A stretch of DNA of 64,000 bases from Candidatus Latescibacterota bacterium (lineage in GTDB: Bacteria; Latescibacterota; UBA2968; UBA8231), in contig OZ244561.1 in assembly GCA_965217585.1 (NCBI GenBank), positions 3,296,001-3,360,000 on the forward strand, in the 5' to 3' direction. The notes below the pieces were generated by a model. That model was not told where the DNA came from. It saw only the letters and a program-made list of their open reading frames with translations, and made no database searches. A program made the position numbers and the translations under genes. Below, piece by piece: positions 37,652 to 48,511 of this stretch (the stretch's first letter is position 1; every line of letters begins with the position of its first letter).

Positions 37652-38839
37652 CTATTCGAACTGTTGTCTGCTCTGACTGACCGCCTTGCCCTTGCCCCGA
37701 ATCAGGTCCGCTCTGTGCCAGGTCGATACCGCGTGGCAGATGGCGTGCGACTCGCCGAGCATGTTCAGGAGTTGGTCCTTCGTAAACCAGTTTCCATCGC
37801 CGAGTGATCCGCGATCCACCTCGGCGTCCGCATACCCGTAGAGCCGCGAAACTCCGCCATCGGTTACGACATCCTCGATGTAGGATGCCCAAGGGATCTC
37901 GACGTTCAACTGACTCTTGACGAGCGACTGCAAGGAGCCGATCCGAGCGCCGATGTCCCAGCCAACCTTTTCTTCTTCCCAACCTTCGCCACCGGGCAGT
38001 TCCCAGCTCCCATTCCCGTCCGTGCTGGTAAGGAGATATCTCGACTCTGAACCGGATGTCGATTCGATGAGCAGTCGGGTGTCTGTGAGCGGTTGGTCGA
38101 AGTGGATGGGTATAAGCCGCTTGCCAGCGTCGCTCAATGCATCGTAGGCGGTGCGGTCGTATGGATAGTAGCCGGCGGCGGGCGGTGCGTTGACGGCGCA
38201 GTACTTGTTAAAGATCCCAACGCGGTCATCAGAAGTAGTTCCTCCCGGTGCCTTGTGCCAGGTATGAGCGTCCATCAGCAACAGATCGCCGGCTTTGAGC
38301 TCGGGATCGACGAAGTCGGGCAGTTGCTCGATATCGGGGCGCGTGAGATCCAAGATGTGCGCATTTGGGTCGATGACTTGCGCGAGTTTATGGGATCCGG
38401 GCGAGACCAGCAGCGGGCCGTATTCGCGGTTGAAGTCGTTCAGCGGGATGATGGCGAAGAGCCAACTCATTGAGGAACCCACAGGACGCCATCGCTTGTA
38501 GTCGCAGTGAGCGCCGCCGCCTTTGTCGCCTGGGGAGCGCAAATAGGCGACATAGGCGGTCAGATGAGCGGGTTGCCCAAGTATGGCTTCGACCGCATCG
38601 ACCACCACAGGATGCTCGGCAATGGGAGACAATCCGGGTTCGGAGATCCGGTTGCCGCTGATGGTGTACTTGCCGGGTGTGGGATACTGCAGAGTGGAAG
38701 GGTACGCTCCTACACGGGCCATCCTCTGGACGATGCTCCTCAGTTCGGATGTCTCCTGAGAGGAGACGACATCGCGGATGATGAGGTAGCCGTTTGCGCG
38801 GTAATCGGCGATCTGTTGATTGGTCAGAGTGTTGGTCAT
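37652..38839 (-). CDS. PhyH-family dioxygenase with a NUDIX-like C-terminal extension
   Basis: NGYLII, HCD, PGSH, AGDLLL..TWH; C-terminal WELPGG. Confidence 0.8.
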   Translation of the reverse strand: MTNTLTNQQIADYRANGYLIIRDVVSSQETSELRSIVQRMARVGAYPSTLQYPTPGKYTISGNRISEPGLSPIAEHPVVVDAVEAILGQPAHLTAYVAYLRSPGDKGGGAHCDYKRWRPVGSSMSWLFAIIPLNDFNREYGPLLVSPGSHKLAQVIDPNAHILDLTRPDIEQLPDFVDPELKAGDLLLMDAHTWHKAPGGTTSDDRVGIFNKYCAVNAPPAAGYYPYDRTAYDALSDAGKRLIPIHFDQPLTDTRLLIESTSGSESRYLLTSTDGNGSWELPGGEGWEEEKVGWDIGARIGSLQSLVKSQLNVEIPWASYIEDVVTDGGVSRLYGYADAEVDRGSLGDGNWFTKDQLLNMLGESHAICHAVSTWHRADLIRGKGKAVSQSRQQFE

Positions 38840-39133
38840 AATGGCCTCGCCAAGAGAAGAGATATCGACTGTTGCGGCGCGGCCTTTGATTTCGACACTG
38901 GTATCAGCGCGAAGTCATCGAGCCGAACGTCGAATGCAATCCATTGGAGCAATAGAACGAAAAGGCCCGTCTTATGCAATTATAGGTTGCGCCTCGCGAC
39001 AGCCGCCATCATCGAGATTGACCGCTTCTGGATAGGTATCTATTATTGCAACTCCTGAGCACTGAAACCTTCCTTCTCTACGCCCTTAAACGACAAAAGA
39101 TATGCACCATGCGAACGAAGAAAGCTGGTCACA

Positions 39134-40990
39134 ATGCTGCTTGATTCCATCCCGCTCCGCTCCCTCTATCGAATAGGTTGCCTCATGGTCATTTCCGCCG
39201 GACTTGTCGCGGCCGATACCTTGCACGAGGGCCTGCCCGATGGGCCGGGTCTGCTCCTCGAAGGCCGCGACGGCCGGATCTATGTCGCTGTCCTCGGCTC
39301 CGGGGGGATCGTCGCCCGCAACGCCCCTGACGATGCCGACACTTGGGAGGTCGTCGCTGAGGGGCGCGTCCAAGGTCTGCAAGTTGCTCCCGACGGGGAT
39401 GCGTGGATGGTCCTCGACGACGAGGTCTTGCGCTATCCCCGTCAGGGAGGCGAGGCGGTTTCCCGAACCCCCTCATTCCTTCTCCAAGGGTCGCCGGGAC
39501 CGTTGCTGGCGACGCGCTGGGGCGATGTTTTGTGCGCCGGGTGCGGTGCCGTGCGTCGGGGCGACGCCATGTTCGAGGCCGCGCCTTTCTCCCCTCCCGG
39601 GTGGGCGATCACGCCGGTATGCGACGACCCCTTCGGCAACGTGTGGGCCGTAGCTGAGGACGGCCAGCAACGGGATATAGCCGTTCTTACTGACCAACAC
39701 CCTCACGGCTGGCAGCGCCTCGACCTGCCCGCGAATCAACTCGCTGGCGCTTGGCAGGGTGCTGTCGCCGATGACGCCGGCTTCGTTTGGGTGGCCTTAG
39801 AAGCCTCCGTCCTGCGCGTCGATCCCCGTTCGTCCGATCCTCGCTCCTTTGCCAACCCCGTCGATGCCCGCATCACTGCGATCGCGCGCGGCGGCGGTCA
39901 GATCATAGTTGGCTTCGCCAATGGCAGCCTGCGCGAGCTAACCGTGGATGCCGACGGCCCGCCGGCTTGGCAGGCGATTCAGGCGGGAGGGGATGGCCCG
40001 GTGCAGGCGCTGCTGCAAGCCCGGTCCGGTAGTCTCTGGGTGTTGAGAGCGGGGCAAGTCCAGCGCCTCGCCGACATCGAGAGTCCTTGGCACGAGCACT
40101 GGGATGAGCAGCCGCGGATGCCGGCCGGCAACCACGACCACATCTTTGCCCGCATCGGGGACCGTCTGTACACCGCAGGCGGCAAGACCTTCTTCGGCTG
40201 GCCCGCGTCGGAGTGGGTGAACCTCGACCACGTGTGGTCCTACCACATCCCCTCGGGCACTTGGCGCGTGGAGCCTCCTATGCTCGAGCCGGGCAAGGCT
40301 TATTCCGGCATCGCCGCTCTCGACGATGAGCTCTGGCTCTTGGGAGGTCACTTCCGCGCCGACAGCGGGACGCGGGCGACGGCGACCGTCGAAATCTTCG
40401 ATCCCCGCACGCGGAGCTATCGCCTCGGTCCGCCGTTACCCCGCAAAGCGGGCCAAGTGGTGGCCCTCACCGTCAATGGCCGGTTGTATGCCGTGGGCGG
40501 TGCCGACGACGAAGGGCCGACAGCAGAGGTCCTGAGCATCGGAACTGGGGAGACGAGTTGGCGGGTTGACGCCTCCGCGCCCGGCTCGGTGTTGCAGGCC
40601 AGCGGCTGCGTTTTGGACGGCAAGATCTACATCGCTGCGGGCCCCTCGTCCCAGTGCCCGGGTCTGTTCGTCTATGACCCCGAGCAGGATAGCTGGAGCC
40701 AAATCGAGCACCCGTCGCGGCCTCCCAGCGCTCCGCTATGCACGGCCTTCAACGGCAGCGTCTGGGTCATGGGAGGACGGGGAGCCAAAAGCGGCCAGAC
40801 GGCGACCTTTGCCTACACACCGGCTACTGGTCAGTGGCGTCAGGGCCCCGATATACCTCTGCCGGTTAGCTGGGGCGCAGCGGCCACTGTCAACGGCCGT
40901 CTGCTGATCGCCGGTGGTGCCTACCGCGACGAGCGGGTCGGCGACTACTTCAACAGCGATCGCGTATTCCTGCTGCGCGGCGCTAGGTGA
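39134..40990 (+). CDS. Beta-propeller + Kelch-repeat protein
   Basis: Kelch repeats LYTAGG, LWLLGG, LYAVGG, IYIAAG, VWVMGG, LLIAGG with FDP/YDP..W; N-terminal DxxGxxW propeller repeats. Confidence 0.82.
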   Translation: MLLDSIPLRSLYRIGCLMVISAGLVAADTLHEGLPDGPGLLLEGRDGRIYVAVLGSGGIVARNAPDDADTWEVVAEGRVQGLQVAPDGDAWMVLDDEVLRYPRQGGEAVSRTPSFLLQGSPGPLLATRWGDVLCAGCGAVRRGDAMFEAAPFSPPGWAITPVCDDPFGNVWAVAEDGQQRDIAVLTDQHPHGWQRLDLPANQLAGAWQGAVADDAGFVWVALEASVLRVDPRSSDPRSFANPVDARITAIARGGGQIIVGFANGSLRELTVDADGPPAWQAIQAGGDGPVQALLQARSGSLWVLRAGQVQRLADIESPWHEHWDEQPRMPAGNHDHIFARIGDRLYTAGGKTFFGWPASEWVNLDHVWSYHIPSGTWRVEPPMLEPGKAYSGIAALDDELWLLGGHFRADSGTRATATVEIFDPRTRSYRLGPPLPRKAGQVVALTVNGRLYAVGGADDEGPTAEVLSIGTGETSWRVDASAPGSVLQASGCVLDGKIYIAAGPSSQCPGLFVYDPEQDSWSQIEHPSRPPSAPLCTAFNGSVWVMGGRGAKSGQTATFAYTPATGQWRQGPDIPLPVSWGAAATVNGRLLIAGGAYRDERVGDYFNSDRVFLLRGAR

Positions 40991-41080
40991 TCCTCTTGGA
41001 CTGTGGCTAGGCCGAGCGGCTTTAGCAACTGATTTCCGACAGGTGAATCGGGCACGCGCACCCATCCAATACGGCTATTT

Positions 41081-42121
41081 TCAATGCTCCACCAAGCGCC
41101 GGGTACAGGCCAGGACGTACTTGACATCGTCCGCCTTGATGTGGCGGTGAAAAACCAGGCGCACCTGGTGCGGCGGGCGGGGGTGGCCCAGGATGCCGCA
41201 AGCCTTCCAGCGGTCGACCAATTCTTGGCTGCTCCAGCCTAGACGACTGCAGTCCACGGTCACGAAATTGGTCGGGTGCGGCGGTTGGATGGATTCGAGC
41301 CCGTCCATGTCGGCCAGACCCTCGTGCAGCAATTGGGCGTGGGCCTGGTCCTCGGCCAGGCGCTCGACCATGGTCTCCAAGGCCACGATGGCCCCGGCCG
41401 CGACAATCCCGGCCTGTCGCATGGCGCCGCCTAGGCGCGAGCGCACCTGCCGGGCCCGCTCGATAAACTCGCGCCGCCCGCACAACAGCGAGCCCACGGG
41501 CGCGCTAAGCCCCTTGGAGGCGCAGAACATTACTGAATCGGCGTGCCTGGTATAGGCACGCACATCCACGCCCACGGCTACGGCCGCGTTGAAGATGCGC
41601 GCTCCGTCAATGTGCAAATTGAGCCCGTGTTTGTGGGCGGCCGCGGCCACGGCCTCCACCTGGGCGGGCAACCAGGCCGAGCCGCCGCTCAAATTGTGCG
41701 GATTCTCAATCCACACCAGCGAGGGACGGGCGCGGTTGGGGTTGGCCTGGTCCACGATCTCGTCCACTTGCTCGGGCCGCATGACGCCGAATTCCAGCGG
41801 CACCGGGCACGCGGCTAGACATGCCTCGGCCGCGGATTGGGCCCGGTGTCCGCCAAAGACGTGTGCTCCGGCCCCGTACACCACCTCGTCGCCCGGCCGC
41901 GTGTGCGCCACTAAGGCACAGCGGTTGCCCATGGAGCCAGAGGGCACGTACAGCCCTGCCTCCATGCCCACTTTGGCGGTCGCCAGTTCTTCCAGCCGAT
42001 TGATCGTGGGATCTTCGCCGTACGCGTCGTCGCCCACGGGTGCCGCCATCATGGCCGCCCGCATTGCCTCGGTCGGCTGGGTCACTGTATCGCTGCGCAA
42101 ATCTACCCATCGCTCTGTCAT
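41081..42121 (-). CDS. ltaE: Low-specificity L-threonine aldolase
   Basis: [43 protein letters not shown]; start at MTERW. Confidence 0.88.
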   Translation of the reverse strand: MTERWVDLRSDTVTQPTEAMRAAMMAAPVGDDAYGEDPTINRLEELATAKVGMEAGLYVPSGSMGNRCALVAHTRPGDEVVYGAGAHVFGGHRAQSAAEACLAACPVPLEFGVMRPEQVDEIVDQANPNRARPSLVWIENPHNLSGGSAWLPAQVEAVAAAAHKHGLNLHIDGARIFNAAVAVGVDVRAYTRHADSVMFCASKGLSAPVGSLLCGRREFIERARQVRSRLGGAMRQAGIVAAGAIVALETMVERLAEDQAHAQLLHEGLADMDGLESIQPPHPTNFVTVDCSRLGWSSQELVDRWKACGILGHPRPPHQVRLVFHRHIKADDVKYVLACTRRLVEH

Positions 42122-42242
42122 GGAATGCTCCTCGCTGGGCCTTTGCCGACCAATTATCGGTCGCCCTTTGCCCTCCCTTTTCTCAAAGCCTAAAATTAGG
42201 AACCCCACCGGCACTTATTTTGGCCTTTGAGAAAATATAGAC

Positions 42243-44213
42243 TTGGACGATAAACCGCCCTACCCCTACCGCGGCTGCAGCTTCCGGGCCATAGCCGTGG
42301 GCCTAGCCCTGGCAGCTTTTATGGCCGTGGCCATCCCCTACGGCGACATGATCATCAAGGGCTCGCAGATGGGGGTGTGGAACACCAGCCCGGGGGCCAT
42401 TTTCCTCTTTGTCGTGCTGGTCGGTCTGGTCAATGTCGCCCTGCGCCTGGTACGCCGCGGTCTGGCCCTGGACAAGAGCGAATTGGCCGTCGTGTACATC
42501 CTGCTGCTCATCGCCAATACCCTGCCCGCCCGGGGCTTTACCGCGTACGTCATGCCCATTGCCACCGGGGCGCAGTACTATGCCACGCCCGAAAACGACT
42601 GGGCCGAGCGACTTTTGCCCTTTCTGCCCGACTGGGCCACTGTGCAGGACGAGCGGGTGGTGCGCCAGTACTACGAAGGAGCCGACCAAACCCAGGCCGG
42701 CGTGCCCTGGGACGCTTGGGCCGCTCCGCTGCTCTACTGGCTCCTCTTTGGCCTAGCCCTGTACCTGGTCATGGTCTGCGTCTCGGTCGTGCTGCGCCGC
42801 CAGTGGGTCGAGCGCGAGCGCTTGGTCTATCCCACGATGCAACTGCCCCTGCACATGATCGAGGAGGCGCACAGCGATGCAGAGGAGTCTTCGCCGATCC
42901 CCCCCTTCTTTAAAAACCGCGTCATGTGGCTAGGCTTCCTTCTGCCCTTCCTCATCGGCAATATCAACGCCCTGCACAATTACTTCCACTACATTCCCTC
43001 AATCAGCACCAGCTTTGGCTCCATGACCTTGTTTCGCGGCTCCATTGGCGTGGGCTTCACCCTCAGCTTTACCCTGCTGGGCTTTTCCTTTCTCATCAGC
43101 CGCAACATTGCCGCTGGTCTCTGTTTCTTCTACCTCATCAACGTGGTTGAACAGGGCCTTTTCCGCCTGTTCGGCATCAAAATCGACCCGGGGCCAGTGG
43201 GGGCTTTCGGCCACTACGCCCACCCCATCGTCATGTACCAGGCCATGGGCGGCATGATCGTCTTGGTGCTGATCGGCCTGTGGAACGCCCGCGGCCATTT
43301 GCGCGCGGTCTGGCGCAAGGCCTTTACCGGGGCCGAGGATGTCGACGACGACGACGAGATAATGTCGTACCGCCAAGCCGTCTTGGGCGGTCTGTTGGGT
43401 CTGGGCATCATGACCGTCTGGCTGTGGCAAGCCGGTCTACCCCTGTGGTTAGTGCCCATCCTATTGGGTGCCTGTTTCGTCCTCTTCCTGACCATCACCC
43501 GGGTGGTGGCCGAGGGCGGGGTCGTGGTCATGTTCCCGCCTATCACCGGGCCCGACTTTGTCTCGGCCGGGGTCGGTACCGCGCTGCTGGGGCCCCGCGG
43601 CGGGGCCGCTCTGGCCACCACCTACGTCTGGGCCACAGACGTGCTCATCCTGCTGATGAGCGCCTGCGCCAACGGCCTCAAACTAGCCGAGCAGATCGGC
43701 CGCCACAAAAGGCGCTTGTTCTGGGCCATTATGGGCACGGTTCTGATCACACTGGCCATTTCCATGTGGATCCGCCTAGAGACCGCCTATGCGCACGGAG
43801 CCATCAACCTCAACCAATTCTACGCTGCAAATTCTGCTTGGTATCCCTACCGCTACATGGACATAGTGGTATCCTCCCCACTGGGACCCCACATCGATGG
43901 CTGGATCCAGGTGGGGGTGGGCGCCGGCATCATGGCGATCTTGGAACTGCTGCACTACAAATTCCTCTGGTGGCCCTTCCACCCCCTCGGCTTTCCCATC
44001 AGCTCGGCCTTTGGCTCCATGTGGTTCAGCGTCTTTGCCGCCTTTATCCTCAAAAGCGTCATGCTCAAGTACGGCGGCCCCAACCTCTACCGCAGAGCCG
44101 TACCCTTTTTTCTCGGCCTGATTGTGGGCGAAATCGTCCCGGCCGGCTGCTGGCTGATCATCGACCTGTACACCGGCATGCACGGCAATGTAATAGGCAC
44201 CTTTCTCAACTGA
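42243..44213 (+). CDS. Polytopic membrane protein, DUF6785/DUF6784-like (putative peptide transporter)
   Basis: YYATPENDW, VPW.AW..P, LRRQW...ERL.YP, WWPFHPLG, K..GG..YR...PFFLGLI.G. Confidence 0.8.
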   Translation: MDDKPPYPYRGCSFRAIAVGLALAAFMAVAIPYGDMIIKGSQMGVWNTSPGAIFLFVVLVGLVNVALRLVRRGLALDKSELAVVYILLLIANTLPARGFTAYVMPIATGAQYYATPENDWAERLLPFLPDWATVQDERVVRQYYEGADQTQAGVPWDAWAAPLLYWLLFGLALYLVMVCVSVVLRRQWVERERLVYPTMQLPLHMIEEAHSDAEESSPIPPFFKNRVMWLGFLLPFLIGNINALHNYFHYIPSISTSFGSMTLFRGSIGVGFTLSFTLLGFSFLISRNIAAGLCFFYLINVVEQGLFRLFGIKIDPGPVGAFGHYAHPIVMYQAMGGMIVLVLIGLWNARGHLRAVWRKAFTGAEDVDDDDEIMSYRQAVLGGLLGLGIMTVWLWQAGLPLWLVPILLGACFVLFLTITRVVAEGGVVVMFPPITGPDFVSAGVGTALLGPRGGAALATTYVWATDVLILLMSACANGLKLAEQIGRHKRRLFWAIMGTVLITLAISMWIRLETAYAHGAINLNQFYAANSAWYPYRYMDIVVSSPLGPHIDGWIQVGVGAGIMAILELLHYKFLWWPFHPLGFPISSAFGSMWFSVFAAFILKSVMLKYGGPNLYRRAVPFFLGLIVGEIVPAGCWLIIDLYTGMHGNVIGTFLN

Positions 44214-44624
44214 TTGCTTGGGCCGCCAGATACGCCCGTCGTTCCCGGGCCGGAGGGCATCGTGCAGCACCCAGACCATGGCTTTGCCCAAGCTAGCAAC
44301 TATCTGTCGCGATAATTTGGGAGTCAACTCTATTTTTGTATTGATAATTTTGGAGTTCGGGTCAAAATTCTCGCTTGAGAACTGTCTGTTCGGATACAAG
44401 TAGTTAAACGCCAACGAAACAACAGATACTACAGTGATTGAGAAGTTTTATTCTGTCTTTCCAGCGATGGATGAATTTCTGACGCGGACATTACTTGATT
44501 GAGCAATGATGGTGAAACCGATCGGGACTGAACGAGGCGAGGTCCCCGGTCCCTACGGCTCCGGAAACCTTTGACATCAAACTCGAAGACGAAAAACAAG
44601 TAGGCGGCATGTGGACGAGCCAAC

Positions 44625-45371
44625 ATGAAGTCGCATAAATTCATTGACTACACCTATCTGGAGATCAAGTCGCTTATTGACGCTGGGTGTTTGGCGATCG
44701 TACCCACTGGATGCACGGAGCAGCAGGGGCCACATTTGGCGGTGGATTTCGACACTTGGTTTGCGGAAGCGGTGGCCCTGGAAGCTGCAAAGTATATGAC
44801 GCGCTGTTATAGCATCCGTGCTTTGGTTTTGCCGGCCATGCCATTTGGACCTACGCCCGAACATCGGGGCTTTGGCTCGGGCTATGTCAACATCCCACAC
44901 TCTGTGCATGAAGAGTGTGTCTATTTCGTCCTTGAATCACTTGCGGAGCAGGGCTTCGATACCATCGTTGTCTGGCGCGGCTGCGGCGAGCATCGACTAG
45001 AGGAGGCAGTGGACAGGTTCAACGCGAAATTCTGCCCTTTATGCGTGGCCTACCTTCCCCCTCTGCCGTACCATGACATTTGGTGCCGTGTAGCTGATCC
45101 AAGTGTCTTAGGTGGACACGCCGACAGCTTCACGACCTCAATCGCCCTGTATCGGCGTCCAGACACGGTCCGACTCGACAGGATCCCGTCAACTAGCTCA
45201 AGGGAGGTGGATTGGAACGATCCGCATCTCGATTTCACGAAATATTCAGACACTGGTGTCATAGGCGACGCGACCCAAGCGAGTGCCGAATTGGGGCGCA
45301 GGCTTTGGCAAGAGGTCATATCGACCACGGCAGCGGTATTCAGAGATTGTGGCTCGAACATAGATCGTTGA
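44625..45371 (+). CDS. Creatininase family protein
   Basis: VPTGCTEQQGPHL..FD, GHAD..TTS, GVIGDATQASAELG. Confidence 0.85.
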   Translation: MKSHKFIDYTYLEIKSLIDAGCLAIVPTGCTEQQGPHLAVDFDTWFAEAVALEAAKYMTRCYSIRALVLPAMPFGPTPEHRGFGSGYVNIPHSVHEECVYFVLESLAEQGFDTIVVWRGCGEHRLEEAVDRFNAKFCPLCVAYLPPLPYHDIWCRVADPSVLGGHADSFTTSIALYRRPDTVRLDRIPSTSSREVDWNDPHLDFTKYSDTGVIGDATQASAELGRRLWQEVISTTAAVFRDCGSNIDR

Positions 45372-45460
45372 CATCGCACGCCTGCCGATCTATACTGCAC
45401 ACCTGCCGATGGATTGGAACCGTTCGATAGTAAGAAATCGACTTATACATATCGGATTAC

Positions 45461-46489
45461 ATGATTGAAAAGCCCATGATTATATCCCGAATAGCTATAC
45501 ACCAGCCCGCCGGTCTGTTGCGCATTCTGACCGACGCGGGCCTGGAAGGTCGCTGTACTGGTGTGGCGGCCACGGTTGCCGGGGCCGACGTGGCCGAGGC
45601 GGCCTCTATCCTCATCAATGCGAATCCCGTCGATCGCGAACGGATATGGCTGGCGTTCAATGAAATGGACGGGAGCGTGCCTGCCGATCTTCGCGCCTGT
45701 ATCGACGTCGCGTTGTGGGACCTCACGGCTAGGGTCGCTGGCCAGCCGGTGCATAGGCATGTCAATGGCTTTCGCAACCGCATTCCGGTGTGCAGGAGGG
45801 GTTCGGCGCAAAACTCGGCGGAAGAGATCGTCGAGGAAGCGCAGGAAGCGCAGGGTGCAGGTTTCCGGGCTTACAAATTCGACGCCTTTTTGGACGAAGA
45901 AGCGCTCGTCGACCTGATCCACGATGTGCGCAGGGCTGTCGGAGCGGATTTCTGCCTGTTGTTCGACGGCCGGACGCGGTGGATCATTGATAAGGCGATA
46001 CGGATCGGCAGGGCGCTCGACGCTGCGGACTTTTTCTGTTTTGACCGGCCGCGGCCCGACAACGACTTTTCCGGAGGCAGGCAGGTAGCCGTCGCGCTCG
46101 ATACCCCGATAAGCATGGGTGTGTCCAGCCCCATGGAAGCGGCCCAAGTCATGGCAGCCCAGGCGGCCGACCACGTTCGCACCGGGGTAACTCAGGCCGG
46201 TGGCATGACGGATGTGCTCAAGGCCGCCCGCTGTGCCGAAGCCTTCGGGGCCTACTGCCATCTGGACGGTTTAGGGATATGCGACGGTTTCGCCCACCTA
46301 CATCTCGCGGGCACCATTCGGAATACGCCCTTTCTGGAAATAGCTGAAAACGGATCCTCTTCGCCGTTCATCGAGAATCCGCTGCAGATATGCGATGGGT
46401 ACATCGAGGTTCCCGATGCGCCGGGACTGGGCATGGAGATCGACATGGGCACCGTCAACGAGCACACTGAGGAACTGATTGAGATCTGA
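45461..46489 (+). CDS. Mandelate racemase/enolase superfamily protein (degenerate active site)
   Basis: IDVALWDL, GFRAYK, VRRAVG, DGYIEVPDAPGLG. Confidence 0.82.
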   Translation: MIEKPMIISRIAIHQPAGLLRILTDAGLEGRCTGVAATVAGADVAEAASILINANPVDRERIWLAFNEMDGSVPADLRACIDVALWDLTARVAGQPVHRHVNGFRNRIPVCRRGSAQNSAEEIVEEAQEAQGAGFRAYKFDAFLDEEALVDLIHDVRRAVGADFCLLFDGRTRWIIDKAIRIGRALDAADFFCFDRPRPDNDFSGGRQVAVALDTPISMGVSSPMEAAQVMAAQAADHVRTGVTQAGGMTDVLKAARCAEAFGAYCHLDGLGICDGFAHLHLAGTIRNTPFLEIAENGSSSPFIENPLQICDGYIEVPDAPGLGMEIDMGTVNEHTEELIEI

Positions 46490-46507
46490 GGCTGACTAGG
46501 ATACCCT

Positions 46508-47695
46508 ATGCAGATTCGGGATATTAAGTGTTACCTATTGCAGGGCGAACCCGCGACGCGGCAGGAGAGTTGCGGGAGTAGAGGAAGCATCGCTCCCGTG
46601 CCGCCGGGCATCTCTGGGCTGCTTACCCACGACCAGGGATTCGGTGCCGCCGATCCCGAGGGATTTACGTTCACCGGGGAAGGACCCGAGCCAACGTACC
46701 GCCTGATGATCCGGCTCGTGACGGATGGAGAACTGGATGCATACGCCAACTATGCCACAGGTTTCGATCCTCGGGAACTGGAATGGCAGGCCAAGGCGTT
46801 TCTGGCCCGGTATGCCCACATGCTCATCGGCGTGGATGCCTTCGACCGGGAATACATCTGGCAGCGGTTTTGGATGGCCCAGCGGTTCATGTACACGGGA
46901 AGGGGGCTGCTCGATACCATTGACCGGATGTTGTGGGACTTGGCGAGTCGGAGTGTTCGCCTGCCGATCTACAAGCTGCTCGGGGCCTGCCGCGAAAGCG
47001 TCCCCGCCTACTGCAACGTCGGCGGCCGGACCATTGACGACTTGGTGGCCCACGCGGTGAAACGGGTGGAAGAAGAGGGGTTCATCGGCTGCAAGGATCA
47101 CTCGTACCGGGGGGTGAAAGGCAACGGCGAGATGGCCATGAAGCTGCGGGAGACGCTGGGTGACGATATCCTGCTCTTTCACGACGCCGTCGAGTCGTAT
47201 ACGGTCGAGGAGGCTGTGAAAATCGGCCGCATACTGGAGAAGTGTCGTTACCGGTGGATCGAAGAGCCGCTGCAGGACTACGATATCATGGGTTTGAAGA
47301 AGCTGTGCGACGCCCTCGATCTTCCGGTTTTGACCCTTGAGTGGATCGGTGCCATCGGCGGACAGCCCTACAATACGGCGCCGTACCTGGCGTTACAGGC
47401 CGCCGATATCGTCCGGCAGCGGGGCATCGGCATCACGGGCCAAGTCAAGCAGGCCCAACTGGCCGAAAGCTTCGGTGTGGAGGTGCACGGCGGCGATCCC
47501 CAAGTCATCCTAGCTGTTGGCAACGATCCCGTCTTTGAAGCCTCGGGAGTGCTGCCGCGTCCTCCCGAGGAGGAGCTGGATTGCCGGGGTACGGTTGTCG
47601 TAGAGAACGGCGCTATGTCGATAGCTTGGAGCGACCGTCCCGCGACGGAACCGGACTGGGACGAGGTGGCCCGGAGCGCCGTTTCCGTCATTTGA
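46508..47695 (+). CDS. Mandelate racemase/enolase superfamily protein
   Basis: IDRMLWDL..LPIYKLLG, FHDA, WIEEPL, TLE. Confidence 0.85.
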   Translation: MQIRDIKCYLLQGEPATRQESCGSRGSIAPVPPGISGLLTHDQGFGAADPEGFTFTGEGPEPTYRLMIRLVTDGELDAYANYATGFDPRELEWQAKAFLARYAHMLIGVDAFDREYIWQRFWMAQRFMYTGRGLLDTIDRMLWDLASRSVRLPIYKLLGACRESVPAYCNVGGRTIDDLVAHAVKRVEEEGFIGCKDHSYRGVKGNGEMAMKLRETLGDDILLFHDAVESYTVEEAVKIGRILEKCRYRWIEEPLQDYDIMGLKKLCDALDLPVLTLEWIGAIGGQPYNTAPYLALQAADIVRQRGIGITGQVKQAQLAESFGVEVHGGDPQVILAVGNDPVFEASGVLPRPPEEELDCRGTVVVENGAMSIAWSDRPATEPDWDEVARSAVSVI

Positions 47696-47864
47696 CCGCG
47701 GAACTATCCTACTAAAGCCAACACGACCGAACCTGTTCGATATAGGAGACCGCTGTGTCATAACAGCGAAGGCCTCCTACTCACCCCTCGCCCGCCAAAA
47801 CCTCGCCCAATTCCCGCACCTACCCCTCGTCCTCGGATTATTCCATTTGTAATAGGAGGGTATT

Positions 47865-48497
47865 ATGAGCAAGATCAACACAGCGGTGATCACCGGACAA
47901 CATGCCTTTGATGTGCCGGGATTCCACGCGTTGTTCAGAAGTATTCCCGACATTGATTTTTATCTACAGGATTTGGAGAACTTTGCGGCAGATGCTGGCA
48001 AAGTCCGAGCGCAGTATGATGTCCTCGTGTTCTATAACTTCCATCGGCAGACGCCCGACGAAGGGAGCGTCAGGGAAGCCATTGAACAACTCGGTGAAAA
48101 TCAGGCGGGTATCTTGGTGTTGCACCATGCCATCCTCGCGTTTCCGCAGTGGCCATTGTGGTCGGATCTGTGCGGCATTCAAGATCGCAGTTTCGGTTTC
48201 AAGGTTGACCAAAACCTGCGTGTTGACATCGTGGATCCGCAGCACCCGATTCTCCGGGGATTGGCTCCGTGGGGAATGGTGGATGAGACTTATATCATGG
48301 CGGATCCGGGGGACGACAGTGACCTGTTGTTGACCACTGATCACCCTGAGAGTATGAAGACGCTGGCGTGGACTCGACAGTACAAGAACGCTCGGGTGTT
48401 CTGTTGTCAGTCGGGGCACGACAATCAGGTCTTTGCCGACCCAAATTTTCGCACGGTTATTGCGCGGGGTATTCAGTGGCTGGCGGGAAGGATCTAG
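47865..48497 (+). CDS. ThuA-like (glutamine amidotransferase-like fold) protein
   Basis: TGQH, GILVLHHA, HPI, DETY, AWTRQY..RVF...GHD, RGIQW. Confidence 0.88.
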   Translation: MSKINTAVITGQHAFDVPGFHALFRSIPDIDFYLQDLENFAADAGKVRAQYDVLVFYNFHRQTPDEGSVREAIEQLGENQAGILVLHHAILAFPQWPLWSDLCGIQDRSFGFKVDQNLRVDIVDPQHPILRGLAPWGMVDETYIMADPGDDSDLLLTTDHPESMKTLAWTRQYKNARVFCCQSGHDNQVFADPNFRTVIARGIQWLAGRI

Positions 48498-48511
48498 GGA
48501 GGAAAGGGTCA

